From contig JAUCBJ010008112.1 of the NCBI GenBank assembly GCA_032718475.1, positions 3,660 to 67,659 of the forward strand: a stretch of 64,000 nt of DNA. Direction: 5' to 3'. Origin of the DNA: Nemertoderma westbladi. Its lineage: Eukaryota; Animalia; Xenacoelomorpha. Below are positions 1 through 13,463 of the stretch, in pieces (position 1 is the stretch's first letter; the number at the start of each line of letters is the position of its first letter). A program made the position numbers and the translations under genes. A model generated the notes under the pieces. It searched no databases and was not told the origin of the DNA. It worked only from the letters and a program-made list of their open reading frames with translations.

Positions 1-510
1 GAAACAGAGTGGAAGGGTTTACTGTGGAAGATCACCCATGTGTGGTGAACAGGCATTCCTTTAGGAAACAGAGTGGAAGGGTTTACTGTGGAAGATCACC
101 CATGGTGTTGGTGAACAGGCATTCCTTTAGGAAACAGAGTGGAAGGGTTTACTGTGGAAGATCACCCATGTGTGGTGAACAGGCATTCCTTTAGGAAACA
201 GAGTGGAAGGGTTTACTGTGGAAGATCACCCATGGTGGTGAACAGGCATTATTTTGGGAAACAGAGTAGAAGGGTTTACTGTGGAAGATCACCCATGGTG
301 GTGAACAGGCATTCCTTTAGGAAACAGAGTGGAAGGGTTTACTGTGGAAGATCACCCATGGTGGTGAACAGGCATTCCTTTAGGAACAGAGTGGAAGTGG
401 TTTACTGTGGAAGATCACCCAAGGTGTTGAACAGGCATTCCTTTAGGAAACAGAGTGGAAGGGTTTACTGTGTAAGATCACTCATGGTAGTGAACAGGTA
501 TTCCTTTCGA
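1..510. repeat. ~63-bp tandem satellite (GAAACAGAGTGGAAGGGTTTACTGTGGAAGATCACCCATGGTGGTGAACAGGCATTCCTTTAG), probably within a PKA intron
   Basis: About 8 tandem units are visible. The ORF track shows a 21-aa periodicity. The same unit recurs at 41456-42556. Confidence 0.95.
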
Positions 511-598
511 AGTCGAAGGATTTATTGTCAGAAATGTATAAATTATTTATATTATTTTCTTCAGAAAAACTTTATTTCTCATCATATAATTTTTCCAG

Positions 599-763
599 GT
601 TCGATTCCCGTCTCATTTCACCGCCGATCTCAAAGAGTTGCTTCGCAGTCTCCTCCAGGTCGACCTCACCAAGCGCTTCGGCAATCTTAAGAACGGCGTC
701 AATGACATCAAAAACCACAAATGGTTCCAAACCATTGATTGGATCAGTATCTATCAGAAGAAG
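599..763 (+). CDS. PRKACA: cAMP-dependent protein kinase catalytic subunit, penultimate coding exon
   Basis: TTTTCCAG acceptor and GTGAGT donor. Translates to [55 protein letters not shown], closely matching the PKA-C kinase C-lobe. Confidence 0.96.
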
Positions 764-1874
764 GTGAGTTATAGTTAATAAAGATCAATACCATGATGTT
801 CTATACAAAAATACTAAATGTATCGATCTGTGATTACATTATTAATTAAAATGGAACGGCTCAAACTATTACAACTTGATGAAATAGTTTATGGAACTAT
901 TGTCATATTTAAAATAAACCATAGCGTACATTATATTTGAACTACTATAAATTCCGTATGTAAGATTCTTGTGGGGCGAGCCATGAAGTTAGTTAGCGGA
1001 GCCTTAACGAACTGACACTGTTAAGGGTGTGGGTTAATTTTTGTCTTTGTCGTTGTCGTCGTCGTTACGATTTTGACATGCTAATAACTTTGTCGGATTT
1101 AAGGCTGTCGAGTAGAAACCACGTGGCATCAATATGACCAAAAGTTGAGATTTTTAGAGACTTTCACACACCATCAGTTCAACAGTTTCCCGCTAGAGGA
1201 CTACATGTCTAAACATTAAATATCCGCCCATTACTTTGATTTTAATCTGTCCAAGCTGAAACTATAGATATATATTATACCATTATCAGCTGTGTCTTTA
1301 AACTGAGGCTAATCCGAAGGCAGTTAGTCCCGCTGCCACCATTACGGCAACCGAACACATCCCCCTATGGGATTCCTTATATGACATGCATTGTGTTTTA
1401 TCATCGTATAATCTCTTTGTAAACCCACATTTTAGAATATATAATTAATTGCATTTCTTGTTTTTATTTAATAAATACCGGCTTGTCCGTGCTTGCTACT
1501 GGTAAAATATAGTTCAGTCGCGACATATTGATTGATATCTTAAAAGTGCCACTAACAATTATTTATCTTACAGTCCCATATAGCGAGCTGTATTATAGTG
1601 TACATTATAAACATAACTACGACATTATTACCAATTCCCTGTTCTATTTGAACAAATTTACATTCCTTTGTATTTCATATTCATAAAATTGCCTATCTGT
1701 TTGTCTCTTATTGACACAAGTTTCAGGATATAAGATCGCTCTTTAAATCCCGACGGGAGAAAAACTTAATGTTTTTTTCTTCATGTGATTTACATTTTTT
1801 CCAGAGAAAAGGTGCAGCGAAACCGTATAGCACATGGGACATTTTTATGTACCGGAATACTGCAGGCCAGTACA

Positions 1875-2432
1875 CGTACGTGGGGACTTCGCGCAGCACC
1901 AAGTCCAGATGAGCCTTTGCGTAGAGGTACAATTAGTGAACCTAGTCATTCGCCCCCTAGCGGCAGACATAGGAACTGTAAAAGTCTGTCTGTCAGCAGA
2001 ATTTATTTATTCAGCAATGCCCATAGGTTACTCCTACCAAATTGCAGATTAATCTGATGGTTGGTTCTAGAATTTTTTGTAAATTTATTTGGTTGAGTGA
2101 TTAATACCAGTACTTCATGTTATTTCGTTGTGCGAGCGCCCTGGTCACTAAGTATAGGCGCTATATAAATAACATATTATTATAATTACAGCTACTTTTA
2201 CGTTTATGTCAATTCGCCCCCTAGCGACAGACAGATTAAATACACAAGTCTGTCTCTCTGTAAAATTTTTAAATTTTTGTTAGACTACATGTGTACCAAG
2301 TTTAGTTCCATTTCATCCGAGATTGACTGATTTATTAGCGTTCAAAAATTTACAATGACGACGACGACAGACGGGTCCAATAATTATACCCGTTGGCTAA
2401 GGCTCACCTGGACTTACGTGGCTAGCCCCACA
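1875..2432. mobile_element. dispersed non-autonomous repeat (MITE-like) in the PKA intron
   Basis: An inverted homologous copy lies at ~53712-54105. Ends are imperfect inverted repeats (GTGGGG...AAGTCCAGATGAGCC / GGCTCACCTGGACTT...CCCCAC). Related ends occur at ~970 and ~52900-53005. Confidence 0.6.
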
Positions 2433-3039
2433 AACGACAGTCAGTGGCATCATGGAATAGGCTTCTACCTTCTACAGTAATTAATAGTAATCTGTGTAAT
2501 TTTATCAAACTGTCATTCATCAGACAATCACAGAATCATACTACTGGTTTATTTTATAGTGAATTACTCTTGCTTGTTAATTTATATTGGCCTAGCTAGC
2601 TGGTGTTCGGCAGGGAAAAAAGTTTTTTTATTTCTCGTGTAATTAATTAGTTATATCCTGCTTGGTCAACCAACTGGTTTTCAGGACTCGCTGATATCAA
2701 TCAGCACGTATTTCATAAAACCGTATCTCTTAAAAATTCATAAATATTTGTTCTTTCAACCGGAAACACTTCAGCTACGATATCGGAACTAAGGATTCAT
2801 TGGGATGGGAGGCGGCGGTGGGGGTGCGGGGGGGGGGGGGGGGTGTGGTAGTATTATTGTAAGGGGCTGTAATCAGAAATATACCCATTTATTTATTGTT
2901 GTTATTAATTAATTGCTATTACTCCTTTCCATTTTTAGCTGATTTTCTATTGTAGTTTTGCTTTGCGCAGCTCTCGTATTCACGATATGCCATAATTTTA
3001 CCTTTTCTTACATTCAAACAATACAAAAATCTGGAAGTT

Positions 3040-3846
3040 AGGACAATTCCAACCCGGACAATTCCGACCCGGACAATTCCGACCCGGGCATTCCGACGCG
3101 AACAATTCCGACCCACTCAGAGATCGAATTAAATTTTCATGGTCGGAATTGTCCGGGTCGGAATTTTTCTAGGTCGGAATTGTCCGGATCCAACTAAAAA
3201 AAATAATTAATATAAATTACCGGTAATAAATAACATAAAATATGTGTTCTAGAACACTAATATTTTTCTTAATTAATAGCTAATATATTTTAGAACATTT
3301 TAAAAAAAGTAGCAAAAACTAGTTTTAAAATTTTGGTGGGGGGTGTGCCCAAAACACACTACTAGTACCGATACGGAATTTATTCAATTCGAAAAATACT
3401 ATTCAACTATAAAATTACATAGCAAACATGTGTAGAACGAAGAATATCCATGCACACAGCAATCTTACGTTGAATAATAAAACAATATAATGTTACATGG
3501 AATTTTTATTTATTATTATTATTTTTATTTAATTATTTGGGTCGGAATTGTCCTATGCCGACCCGGACAATTCCGACCCAAGAAAATTTCATTTGATCTC
3601 TGAATGGGTCGGAATTGTCCGGGTCGCAATTTTCCGGGTCGGAATTGTCCGTGTCGGAATTGCCCGGGTCGGAATTGCCCTGGTCGGAATTGTCCGGGTC
3701 GGAATTGTCCGGGTCGCAATTTCCGGGTCGGAATTGTCCGGGTCGGAATTGTCCGTGTCGGAATTGTCCGGATCGCAATTGTCCGGATCGCAATTGTCCG
3801 GATCGCAATTGTCCGGATCGCAATTGTCCGGGTCGCAATTCTCCGT
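3040..3846. repeat. foldback-type element with inverted arms built of 15-bp subrepeats (CCGGGTCGGAATTGT)
   Basis: 3040-3190 is the reverse complement of ~3540-3690, including the unique spacer CAGAGATC...AAATTTTC. The right arm is expanded to ~16 15-mers. Confidence 0.8.
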
Positions 3847-3958
3847 ACACCAAAAATCTGCCCGCTTAGTGTGTTTCAAGGTTCAATTATTTTAGTACCC
3901 AAAGTTTACCAATATGCCCATTATTTACCACCAAGCACTTTACACGTTATCTCCCTAG

Positions 3959-4084
3959 GTTGAACCCCCGTTTGTACCGAAGACCAAAGGGCCCGGCGAC
4001 TCATCCAACTTCGACGACTACGAGGAAGAAGATCTCAGGATCTCGTCAAGCGAGAAATGCCCCCGAGAGTTTGGCGATTTCTAG
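3959..4084 (+). CDS. PRKACA: cAMP-dependent protein kinase catalytic subunit, last coding exon (AGC C-terminal tail)
   Basis: CTCCCTAG acceptor, phase 0. Translates to [41 protein letters not shown], with the NFDDYEEE and terminal FxxF motifs of PKA-C. Confidence 0.96.
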   Translation, partial: VEPPFVPKTKGPGDSSNFDDYEEEDLRISSSEKCPREFGDF

Positions 4085-7000
4085 ACGTCGGGAGGCTTCC
4101 GCAGGGACTCAACACGAGGCGCGACACTATTGGACGCTGACCTATGTAGACCCACCCCATGGAACAGTGTTGCCTAGTAACGCGCGTGGTCCTTCGGTCA
4201 CGCGATCCTCATACCCCAGGTGTAGTCTGTCACTTATAATAGTTGAGTCTATATCGATATAGTTTGATAACCATTTAGTTTATATTTTGTATTATAAATA
4301 TATTATTATGTGACAATGCGTTCGACTAATAATATAGCTATACATACTAATGTTTGTTATATGCGAGCTGCTTTATATATCTCGTGTGTGCCCAATATAC
4401 TGTAGACTGTAGATCTAGTTCTCTAAATATTGATAGATACATTTTTCGTGCCTCTATATTTAATTCAGTCCGTTATCAACTAGTAATGAGTTTCATCATT
4501 ATTTTATATACAATCTGATATTATTATAGTGCTAATTGCTTCCTAAATTATTATTCTAGTATATCTAAAACATGTGTGGCTCGCACCTTCTTTCTACCGT
4601 GCGATCTCTTTATCCCTCTAAAACCGACAATCGCGTGGCTGTTTTCTGTCTGCTATATTTTTGTTTACTTTTAAGCGAGTTATATTTCTTTACGCTCGTT
4701 TGTATGTATTCCAAACACATAGGTTGACGTGTTGAAATTAATTTCGTATTTTGGAACAATCGGATTTTATGTTAATTTTTTACATTTTATGATTTTGTGG
4801 CAAATGTATACTGATGGGACACAGAATATTCTGACACTAAACGAAATGTTTCAACCTCTCATTGAATATCAGAATAAGTTATGGATAACCGTCTAACACA
4901 GATTTCTGCAGGAAATGTCACTCTCTTCGCTCGTTCATGTAAATATTCGCACTCCAGATAATAAACCTTACTTTACACTATAATGAATAGTTAATTGTTT
5001 ATATAAATATATTGCGTGTACATTCAGTTTGAGCTGATGAATATATTTGCCGAATATTAAACTGCGGATATGTAAATATTTTGAAATAATATATAACAGA
5101 ACAACCTTATTACCTTATACGTACAACCTTATACATAATCCTATTTCAAACAGGGTCAATCGATAATATTCCAGGGTCTAAAACATAATTCACGAGTTAA
5201 AGCGTTTTTATTAATTCAACGATTTTTTCCGGATCGTTTTATTGCAGACTGTCCTTTGATAACTCGAATAATAATATTTAAATGAAAGCTCTATGGGGTC
5301 GTAGTGAATTGTTTTCAATATCGCATCAAACGTATAACAATATCGACACGCATGGGTGTGAATTATTAGATGTACATAATATATTATTAACTTATGTGCT
5401 TAGTCCATTATTTATTGTGCCGTTTCTAATTGCGAAACGTTATTTTTCGTCTGTCAGTGTTACAGTAGAAATTCTTTGTTATGTTTTTTGGTTATTTAAA
5501 ACGAGGTCTCTGTTTTTTCTACTTTTAGGGATGTGGACTGATTGATAGCTTTGTATTTGAATCGCTTCGCTTTAATTTAAAAAATACACAAATTTTATTG
5601 GTCGTTTTATCGCAGATGAAAAAAAGCTAAATTATAAAAAATTAAATACAACCCTGATGATGTAAGATTGTCACTTTTGGTGACAATTTGAAGTTATACA
5701 ATTTTTAGTAAATCGGCCAGCCATACAAATATTAAAAAATTTACCTAACAAAAAATGTAGCAAACTAAAATCAATTTAAATTACTATTTTTCATGTTCTC
5801 TGATAGTAAACTATAGTCTCAAACTAGAGATACGACAATGATATAGTTTAAATTGTAAAAATAAACATTATGTTAGATACTTATTAATTAATAAATATGT
5901 CGGTAATAAAGATAATTTATATATATCAATTAATAATAATCTAACATTTAAGATGTTATAAAAATAATTCATTATTTGTATCTTAAATATATTGGTAGTC
6001 ATTTCATTAATCAGTGCATGTTTATACTTTATTTTCACTGGTTGTGTTTCAATAACAGGGATGTGTCTGGGTGTAGTATCATCATGTTTGTTATAATTTA
6101 ATTAATTACTGTCAGTTATAATTGATCAATACTAGAGAGACACTGTGAGACGCCTTTTTTCACCATCTGTAATTTTGTAATTGGTGCAATAGTTAAGCAT
6201 TTTTTGGTTATATTAGCGCTCACACCCATAGTATATAGTTACTCGCGCACCTAACTCACAACTGCTTTTATTGAATTACGTTTGCTATTTTGTTGGTTGT
6301 GGGACCGGTTTTCAGTTTGTTAGCTCACGTACTTAAATTTGTTCAATTTGTTAACCACCTGTGTAGCGCTAATAAATTAAATCTCATTTCAAAGTTCTTT
6401 TGGCCTCATTTCCGTCTATTTTATTTCAGCGCCACCCATGGGTCCCCGTGTGTAGGAGGTCTGGTTACAGAAAGTTCAAAATTAATTTCATTTTTAATTT
6501 ATACTCTAAATACTGGATTGTAAACCTCAATCTACTTTATTCCCGGTGTTACTGCTGGTTTATGGCAGATGGAAACAAACATACACACTCAGATATATAG
6601 ATACATACATAGGCCTACAGGTACCAAAACTTTTGATAAGGTTATGTTATAAAATATTCTATCATTTTTTATCGTAGTAGCTTTCTTTACACTCGCTCTT
6701 TACGTTCGTTCTTGTAATAAACCACTCGGATTTCGGATTAGATCAAAGTAAAGTATTACTTTATACTCCATATACATATAATAGTTACACCACATAGGGT
6801 AGAACCTGCAACCTGCCGTTTGTAGGTTGTTTTATAAGCCACATAAATCAATTAAAATTTTGTAATTTTATCGATAGTATATAATGGAGATAAAGTGAGT
6901 AAACCAATACAATGGTTGTTAATACGTAATTAATTAATACACTAATTTGGCCTTCGGATAAAGAAAATAAGTTCATTTATAATAATGGGTTAGACCCTTT

Positions 7001-7432
7001 TTAATCTCAACATAACTGTTGCAGAAGTCGTGATATAGCCTACATTGAGATGGACCCGTCATAAGTAATAGACTGATTATCTTAATAAAATAAAATAAAA
7101 ACGATTGCCCATTTATTGATCTTGCCAATAAGCAGATTTAATTAACTAACTGAGGATTCCATATTTAAGTTGTACGGATGAGTGAGTCATACTTTTCCTG
7201 CGTTCTGGGCAACTACACATATTGGAAAACAATTACAATCACTGGATTCTAATAATTATTATCATGAACTACATACATACCGGTACTGTAGTACTCTCTG
7301 TCGATAGTCGATAGTCACCCGATAAACTGAATTGATGCGTTTTCTCACATTTTATGAATAAACTAGAAAAGCCAGCAAGCTGTTGTAAACGAAACTGCCT
7401 AAACTTTAAATCGAAATTTAATATTAAACAAA

Positions 7433-7510
7433 AAGACCTCATCCAGGATCGAACCCACCACTTTCCCATCCGCTAAGTCCTGTGCTTTACGTAGTGAGCT
7501 AGCAGAGATA
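7433..7510 (-). mobile_element. tRNA-derived SINE head (Pol III A/B boxes)
   Basis: Minus strand reads TAGCTCACTACGTAAAGC...GGGTTCGATCC...TTTTT. No complete cloverleaf. Confidence 0.45.
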
Positions 7511-7545
7511 AATCATTGAAATAATCACCAGAACAACAAGTATTA

Positions 7546-9396
7546 CATACAAGATTTGTAGCAAAGATTGCTACAATGAACGCACGCACGCTGAAAGCAC
7601 TTACCAAACAGGGTGACATGGTCGCTCTGGCAATGGAATATAACATCGACATCATCTGCATCCAAGAACATCGGATTTGTCATGAAGACACTGCCATGAA
7701 GTACAATGACATTGGAAATGGATGGACGTTAGTAACAAGCTCAGCAGTAAGAAACTGCTAAGAATTATGCTAAGCCCATTTGTACTTAAGACCATAAACA
7801 ACATCGAATCTATAAATTCCAGGGTTATGATCGCAACATTTGATGGGAATCCCAAGGCAACAGTTATATGCTGCTACAGTCCAACCAATGCCTCAGAGCC
7901 AGAACAAGCAGTCAAGTTTTATGAAGAACTGACTGGACTTATTAAGTACATTCCGAAACACAATGTTAAAGTCATTTCTGGTGACCTGAATGCGCAAATT
8001 GGCCCAGAAGACATCAAGGGTTACACCTACTGTATAACACCAGTTCTAACAGAAATGGGTACTTACTTTTAGACCTAATGAAAGAATGTGAATTGATACC
8101 AACAAACAACATGGAACCAAAGCACAACTGGATTACATCCTTATAAACAAAAAGTGGAGAAACAGCATGATCAACTGCGAGGCATACAGCTCGTTCAACC
8201 TAATTGGTTCGGACCACAGAATTGTGACTGCAGAGATCAGACTCAGTTTGAGAACCAGCAAACCCAGGACAAGCAAGCAAATCAACTATGACTGGGAGAA
8301 ACTCAGAACTGACAATGCTGTAAAGGATGCTTATACAGTAGAAGTTCAAAACCGCTTTGAAGCACTTCAGTCAATGGATGAAGACCAATCCACCGATTCA
8401 ATATACCAGAATATAATAACAGCCCACAAGGAATCAGCTAAGAGGCATATCCCCCAGAAGCCCAAACGAAAACAGTATGTGCCATGGCAAAACTCTGAGG
8501 ATACTTGTAAGAGAGAAGATCTTAAGATAGCCTACAAAGTTAAAACCGAACAACCAACAACCGAAAACATTAACAAGGTTGAGAAAGCTAAGGACGATCT
8601 TAAATTGGCCTACAACATCAGCCAGGAAAAGTACATACGGGATAAAACTGAAGCAATTATTACAACTGCTCACATACAGCAACAATCAAGACTTACCTGG
8701 CAAACTGTAAATGAGGTATCTGGTCGGAAACGTTGTGCAAAGGGGCGCCTCAAAGCCGATAATCCTGAAGAACGTGTTAGGAAGAGGAAAAATCACTTCA
8801 GCAACTTGCTTGGGCATCCACCAAACATCGAGGTCAGCCCTACAAGGAAAATATATGACAAGACACTACCTATAGAAACAGGGGACTTCACACCTGCCGA
8901 ACTCCAAAGAAGCATTAAAAGCATGTCCAATAATAAAGCGAGTGGATTAGATGAAATCCCAACGGAGGTATGGAAAACCGGAGTGCTAAACAGACCATTA
9001 TTGAATGTTTGCAACCGGATGTTAAAAGGGGAAAAGCCACCACCAATTTGGACTAAAGGTCAACTAAAGCATCTCCCCAAGAAAGGAGACCTCGGCATAC
9101 CAACAAACTATCGAGGGATCTATCTGCTTGTGGTAGCTGCCAAAATATACAATAAAATGTATTGAGATAGAGGTAAAATGCTTGAAATCCTAAGAGCTTA
9201 TGGAATACCAGAAGTAATTGTTACTGGCATTGGATTGCTATATTGTGACACAGAAACGCAGGTACTCTCACCAGATGGTGAAACTGAGTTTTTCTCAATC
9301 CTGGCTGGCGTACTGCTAGGTGAAACATTAGCACCATTACTATTTGTAATTGTGCTGGATTACGCAATGAGGACGGCCACAAAGGGTGAAGATCTG
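7546..9396 (+). pseudogene. decayed non-LTR retrotransposon (APE endonuclease + RT, RTE-like), cut off by the LTR of element A
   Basis: APE motifs ATMNARTL, ICIQEHR, YSPT, SGDLNAQIG, SDHRIV. RT motifs KASGLDEIP, PKKGDL..NYRGI, GVLLGETLAPLLF. Stops, frameshifts and internal deletions are present. Confidence 0.9.
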
Positions 9397-10493
9397 TGTT
9401 CGCGCTTTCAGACCTTTAGCAGTTTAACCTGCCAATTTTAGTTGTCCTCTTGTTTATAAATCGACTTTAGCCCTTACCAATTACCTGGTGTACTGAAGTT
9501 ACATCTGCCGAAGCCAGTCCGTGCGCGGCGTATGACCCACGGTGTGGGAGACTGGATTCGGATTCCTTGGGAAGTATTGCAGTGTAGACCTACTGTATTA
9601 TTCGATTGATCGCTACTATATAATCTCTGACAACTATATTTACTTTCGGGGAAATATTAACAGTTCCTTTAGGACGTGGCGCTTTAAGTATAAAAACAGA
9701 GTTATGACTTATACTAATCACAACTAGATGGCCACAGAGTTTCGTAAATAGCGCATTCTTTAGGAGATGCTTTATTAACCTTCACACTACTTCACATGAC
9801 TTTACACTACTTCACACTAATTTGCCGACCGTCACTGAATTTGATCATATATAAGGAGGATTGCAACTGACACACGTAGGGATTATGAAATAGCATTTAA
9901 TTCACACAAAACCACTATAATTTAACTCGCAGTTGCTACCGGTAGACTCTATTCCTCTTACCTCAGTAATCAATAAGATTGAGGGGTTTATGATTATTTA
10001 TCGGTATTCTCCAAATATAACATCAACATCCATTAATATAACAACAATTAATACTATAAAACAGAAGTAAAATAGTGCGGTGAAATGAGTTAAGTAAGTA
10101 ATGTATACAAATGTGAGATGAAATACAGGTGACAAGTTAATAGATTTACGTTCTTATAACCAAGGCCATCAGATGTTCCTAGGCTAAAGTCTGAAACTTC
10201 CGTACAGAAGCACAGAATTCTGAGTTGGTTCTAATTCTCAGAAATAATAATAAAGACCATAATGCATTGCGAGTTTCTTAGATAGGGTTCTGTTAGCCGT
10301 AAAGTTAAAATTGCTCTGATTGGCTGAATAAGACAGAACAAAGAACTTCCAAGTACACAAAGAATCAGCTGACAGATTTCGTCATCCTGGTTCCAATTCC
10401 TTTCTGACGCATAGTTGAATAATTTTAGGGCTATTTTAGAGTATTCTGCGCATTGCGTAAAAATGACTTGTTATGTCCGCAAAAGCTTTTACA
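9397..10493 (-). repeat. 3' LTR of element A (~1.1 kb, TGT...ACA)
   Basis: The reverse complement aligns in blocks with 54551-55828. It starts TGTAAAAGCTT right after GGGAGCAG and ends GCGCGAACA exactly where the LINE frame (GEDL) is cut. Confidence 0.8.
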
Positions 10494-10571
10494 CTGCTCC
10501 CAGAAAATGGGATTTAAGTCTATAAAATATAAAAAATCACAGTTTCTAAAATACAAAAATACTCTAAACTA

Positions 10572-13463
10572 TTAGTCATTCTTTCGTGAACGGCATTTAC
10601 GAAGTTTTTTGAGGCTAGTAAGAGTCCTTTTCTCTTTGGGGCGAGCCACTTTACTAGGAGGGCTATAACTCCTGGGTGAGGGGTGCAATACAATTGCATC
10701 GGAAGGTTTCAGATTACAGTCGGTGTATCCGCCAGTCGAGGTACCCGGTTGATCGATATCAACCTCAGTGGAACGAGGTCGAACAACCTTTAGAGCGCGT
10801 TTCAGGACAGCAGCTCTTACTGGTCCCTGACGGGTCGTTTGCACGATAGCGGTAGGTTGACTGTGAGTAGTGAGAAATTTCCTTGGTTTGATGGTTCTTT
10901 CCAACTCGCGTTCTCTGGCTTTATATTCATATGGTCGTCTATGAACTTCTTGTAGCTCTGGATGCGAGTTTATGAACAAGTCACCGTATTCCGGATCCTG
11001 ACGGATGAAGTTGATCAAGTTATAGGAATTCAGGTTATTAGGATTAATATTCCTAAGATACTTGCGAACAAACTTAGTTGAAATATTCTCGCCAACACGC
11101 TTCATCAGCTCGTAGCTAGGAGTGCGAGATTTTTGCTCAATGGAAGCAAAGAGATATGGGTGAAATGCATAGATTCCTTCATATGCACGTCCAGGATAGT
11201 ATCGATGACGTGATTCGCAATGGAGATCCGCGTTAGCTTCCCAAGCTCTGATGTAACGCAGGGCAACCATTTTGTCTACGCTTTCTAGATCTCGGTTGAA
11301 AGGGCAATCGAAACTTGCGTGTCCTTTAAACTGACAATGATGACATTGAGTCATAAATTGAGGACAGACTGCGAAGATGTGTAGATTATTGAGTCTACAA
11401 TACGCACAATAAATCTCCATAGCAGGCTGTTCTTTAAAGTAGGAGCAGAGTGCGTTGGAGTCCGCCGGGGTAAAGTGATCTCGTGATGCACATAATTGGC
11501 AACGTTTCCTAGAAATATAATTGGCATGCCGATAATCGTATGCTGTGAGACATTGTGGACCTTGATACCATTCCAGCACATAATCATTGTCACTGCTCCT
11601 GGGCGCTGTGGATTGAATCTCCTCGGACTCCAAGCAAATTGGTTCGTCTTCCAATTGCATAGCTGAGGTAGGTGTAGCTGTTTCCTCAAGGGAACCCACT
11701 GTTTGAACTTCCACAATAGAATAACCTGTGGGAATTCGGGGTCTTTGTATGACAGATGAATGTAGGTTCTGTATACAAACGTCCTTAAAAATGGCGAATC
11801 CAGCGCTGTCCAACTTCTCAGCAGCCGAGTCTCTTAAGCTGAGCTTGGTCAGAGCGCGGTCCTTGAACTGACTATCAACGTTGCGGAACAGAGTCAGAAA
11901 GCGCCTAAAGCATTCGAATCGAATGAATTTATTGTGTTCATCTAGCTTGGCGAGTTTGGTTCCGAGCAGTAAGGGATGAGCGCGTATAGTACGACTGCAC
12001 ACATCGGCTAGCCAACCGGCAAGTGCGGCGTTCTCGAAGATAGTGTATATAGCTAATGAGGGACGGAGTGGAACACTCATAAAGCTATAGACGACGCCAG
12101 GTGCGGTTAATGGTCCGTCAAAATATAATCGAGAATAATGATCTCCATATATTTGTTGGTAGCTGACAGGGTTTCCGACTTTGAAATTCCATCCGTATTC
12201 TTGGAAGGAAAGATGTCCAATAGAGGTTCGTTGTACTTTATTGATTCCGCTTGATGTATTAGCATACATAGTTCGGAAGAAACCTCGGCCTTCTGCCCAG
12301 GGAGCAATCAGCTGGGTGTCTACGAAAGGATATGGGATATTCTCCATGTTTCTGAAGTCATTTTGGAGATCTCCATAGATAGCTGAGCCGATTTTAAGGA
12401 TTCTCTCGTCAAACAGCATCTCGAGCACTGGCTGGGGTAGCATATATCCATCTATACCCATGGCCGGTTTGCGCTCGGTATCAGTAACATAACGCTGCGC
12501 GAGTTCGAATTGTCCATGTCGGAGTTTCTTTTGTATCTCGGTGAGAGTCTCAAAAGAATAATCGATCACGTCGCAACACGCTCGAGTAAACACAAGGGTA
12601 GAACCAGCTAGTCCTCTTATGTGTATCATTCGCGTAGTTCCCAGTTCTCCAACCGGAACGCTACCTTCGTTATCGTAAGTAACAACTCCATACATTTCGA
12701 TAATGTTAAGAGTTTCATTCCACTCTTTAGTGGCGTTTTCTATGCTCATACCCACCGGATGCCATAAGGTTGCGCATTCGCTTGCGTTAGGTAAATCGCT
12801 ATACTTCAGATAATGTGTAGTATGAGTCTCTGCATCTCCGTATTGCTGTATTCTCTCTTCCTCGAACAATACATTGAGATTCCAATGGACTAATCGAGTT
12901 TTAATAAATCCATCGAGATTATACGGAAGTATTATGTCCTTTTCTATTCTTGAAACATTATAAGGTTTTCTGAATGAGTTTACCTTAACCAATTGGTCTA
13001 AATGTTTCTGTAGTTGTTCGAGTTCAACAAGATCAAGGGGATTTATCAATGGTAGAAACTTTAAACTGTATGTAGGATCTTCAGGTTTCACCATATAATA
13101 TTGAGTTAAATTGACATAATAGGGGTGGTCTTTGATCCCATAAAATGAGTTCGGTAAAGGTCTAGCGCGTAGGTTGACCTCGTGTACCATATGACGGACA
13201 AGATCCGCCCGATTGTCCGGAGGTTCAACGAGTATACCGTCGACACGAGCGGCCTCGATTGGCGGACGTTGTAACATAGGAGCGTCAGCGATAAGATCTC
13301 TAGATCTTAAGTTGATATCAACCGTTTGGGGTTGTACCATGGCGAAGAGTTTGTCTCCGAAATGGGGAACCATCGAAGGATGAATGATGGTTTTGGAATA
13401 GAGATCAGTCATAAGGATTTTAGCTTCTGGCTGGGCTAAAGCCGCTTCTTCTCTTTCATCCAT
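10572..13463 (-). CDS. Element A ORF2, main open segment: DEDDy-like 3'-5' exonuclease + three Zn knuckles
   Basis: ExoI VTYDNEG, ExoII LFDERILKIGSAIYGD, FVDTQ, ExoIII-like PLRPSLAIYTIFE. Knuckles CQLCASRDH, CAYCRLNNLHIFAVC, CHHCQFKGHASFDC. Homologous to the C-terminus of element B's polyprotein. Confidence 0.75.
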   Translation of the reverse strand: MDEREEAALAQPEAKILMTDLYSKTIIHPSMVPHFGDKLFAMVQPQTVDINLRSRDLIADAPMLQRPPIEAARVDGILVEPPDNRADLVRHMVHEVNLRARPLPNSFYGIKDHPYYVNLTQYYMVKPEDPTYSLKFLPLINPLDLVELEQLQKHLDQLVKVNSFRKPYNVSRIEKDIILPYNLDGFIKTRLVHWNLNVLFEEERIQQYGDAETHTTHYLKYSDLPNASECATLWHPVGMSIENATKEWNETLNIIEMYGVVTYDNEGSVPVGELGTTRMIHIRGLAGSTLVFTRACCDVIDYSFETLTEIQKKLRHGQFELAQRYVTDTERKPAMGIDGYMLPQPVLEMLFDERILKIGSAIYGDLQNDFRNMENIPYPFVDTQLIAPWAEGRGFFRTMYANTSSGINKVQRTSIGHLSFQEYGWNFKVGNPVSYQQIYGDHYSRLYFDGPLTAPGVVYSFMSVPLRPSLAIYTIFENAALAGWLADVCSRTIRAHPLLLGTKLAKLDEHNKFIRFECFRRFLTLFRNVDSQFKDRALTKLSLRDSAAEKLDSAGFAIFKDVCIQNLHSSVIQRPRIPTGYSIVEVQTVGSLEETATPTSAMQLEDEPICLESEEIQSTAPRSSDNDYVLEWYQGPQCLTAYDYRHANYISRKRCQLCASRDHFTPADSNALCSYFKEQPAMEIYCAYCRLNNLHIFAVCPQFMTQCHHCQFKGHASFDCPFNRDLESVDKMVALRYIRAWEANADLHCESRHRYYPGRAYEGIYAFHPYLFASIEQKSRTPSYELMKRVGENISTKFVRKYLRNINPNNLNSYNLINFIRQDPEYGDLFINSHPELQEVHRRPYEYKARERELERTIKPRKFLTTHSQPTAIVQTTRQGPVRAAVLKRALKVVRPRSTEVDIDQPGTSTGGYTDCNLKPSDAIVLHPSPRSYSPPSKVARPKEKRTLTSLKKLRKCRSRKND

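Noticed and set aside
1-510. CRISPR-like array or repeat-protein ORFs (9..194, 139..690, 41466..41726)
   Set aside because: Units are contiguous with no unique spacers, there are no cas genes, and the context is eukaryotic. The ORFs are by-products of a 63-bp period.
2805-2850. G-rich tract as a functional G-quadruplex
   Set aside because: Similar poly-G/C runs recur within several repeats here and homopolymer lengths are unreliable.
3525-3963. Pentapeptide-repeat ORFs in all frames
   Set aside because: Artefact of the stop-free 15-bp tandem repeat.
10572-13463. env glycoprotein as the identity of ORF2
   Set aside because: No signal peptide, transmembrane anchor or fusion-protein features. 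Nuclease and knuckle motifs are present instead.
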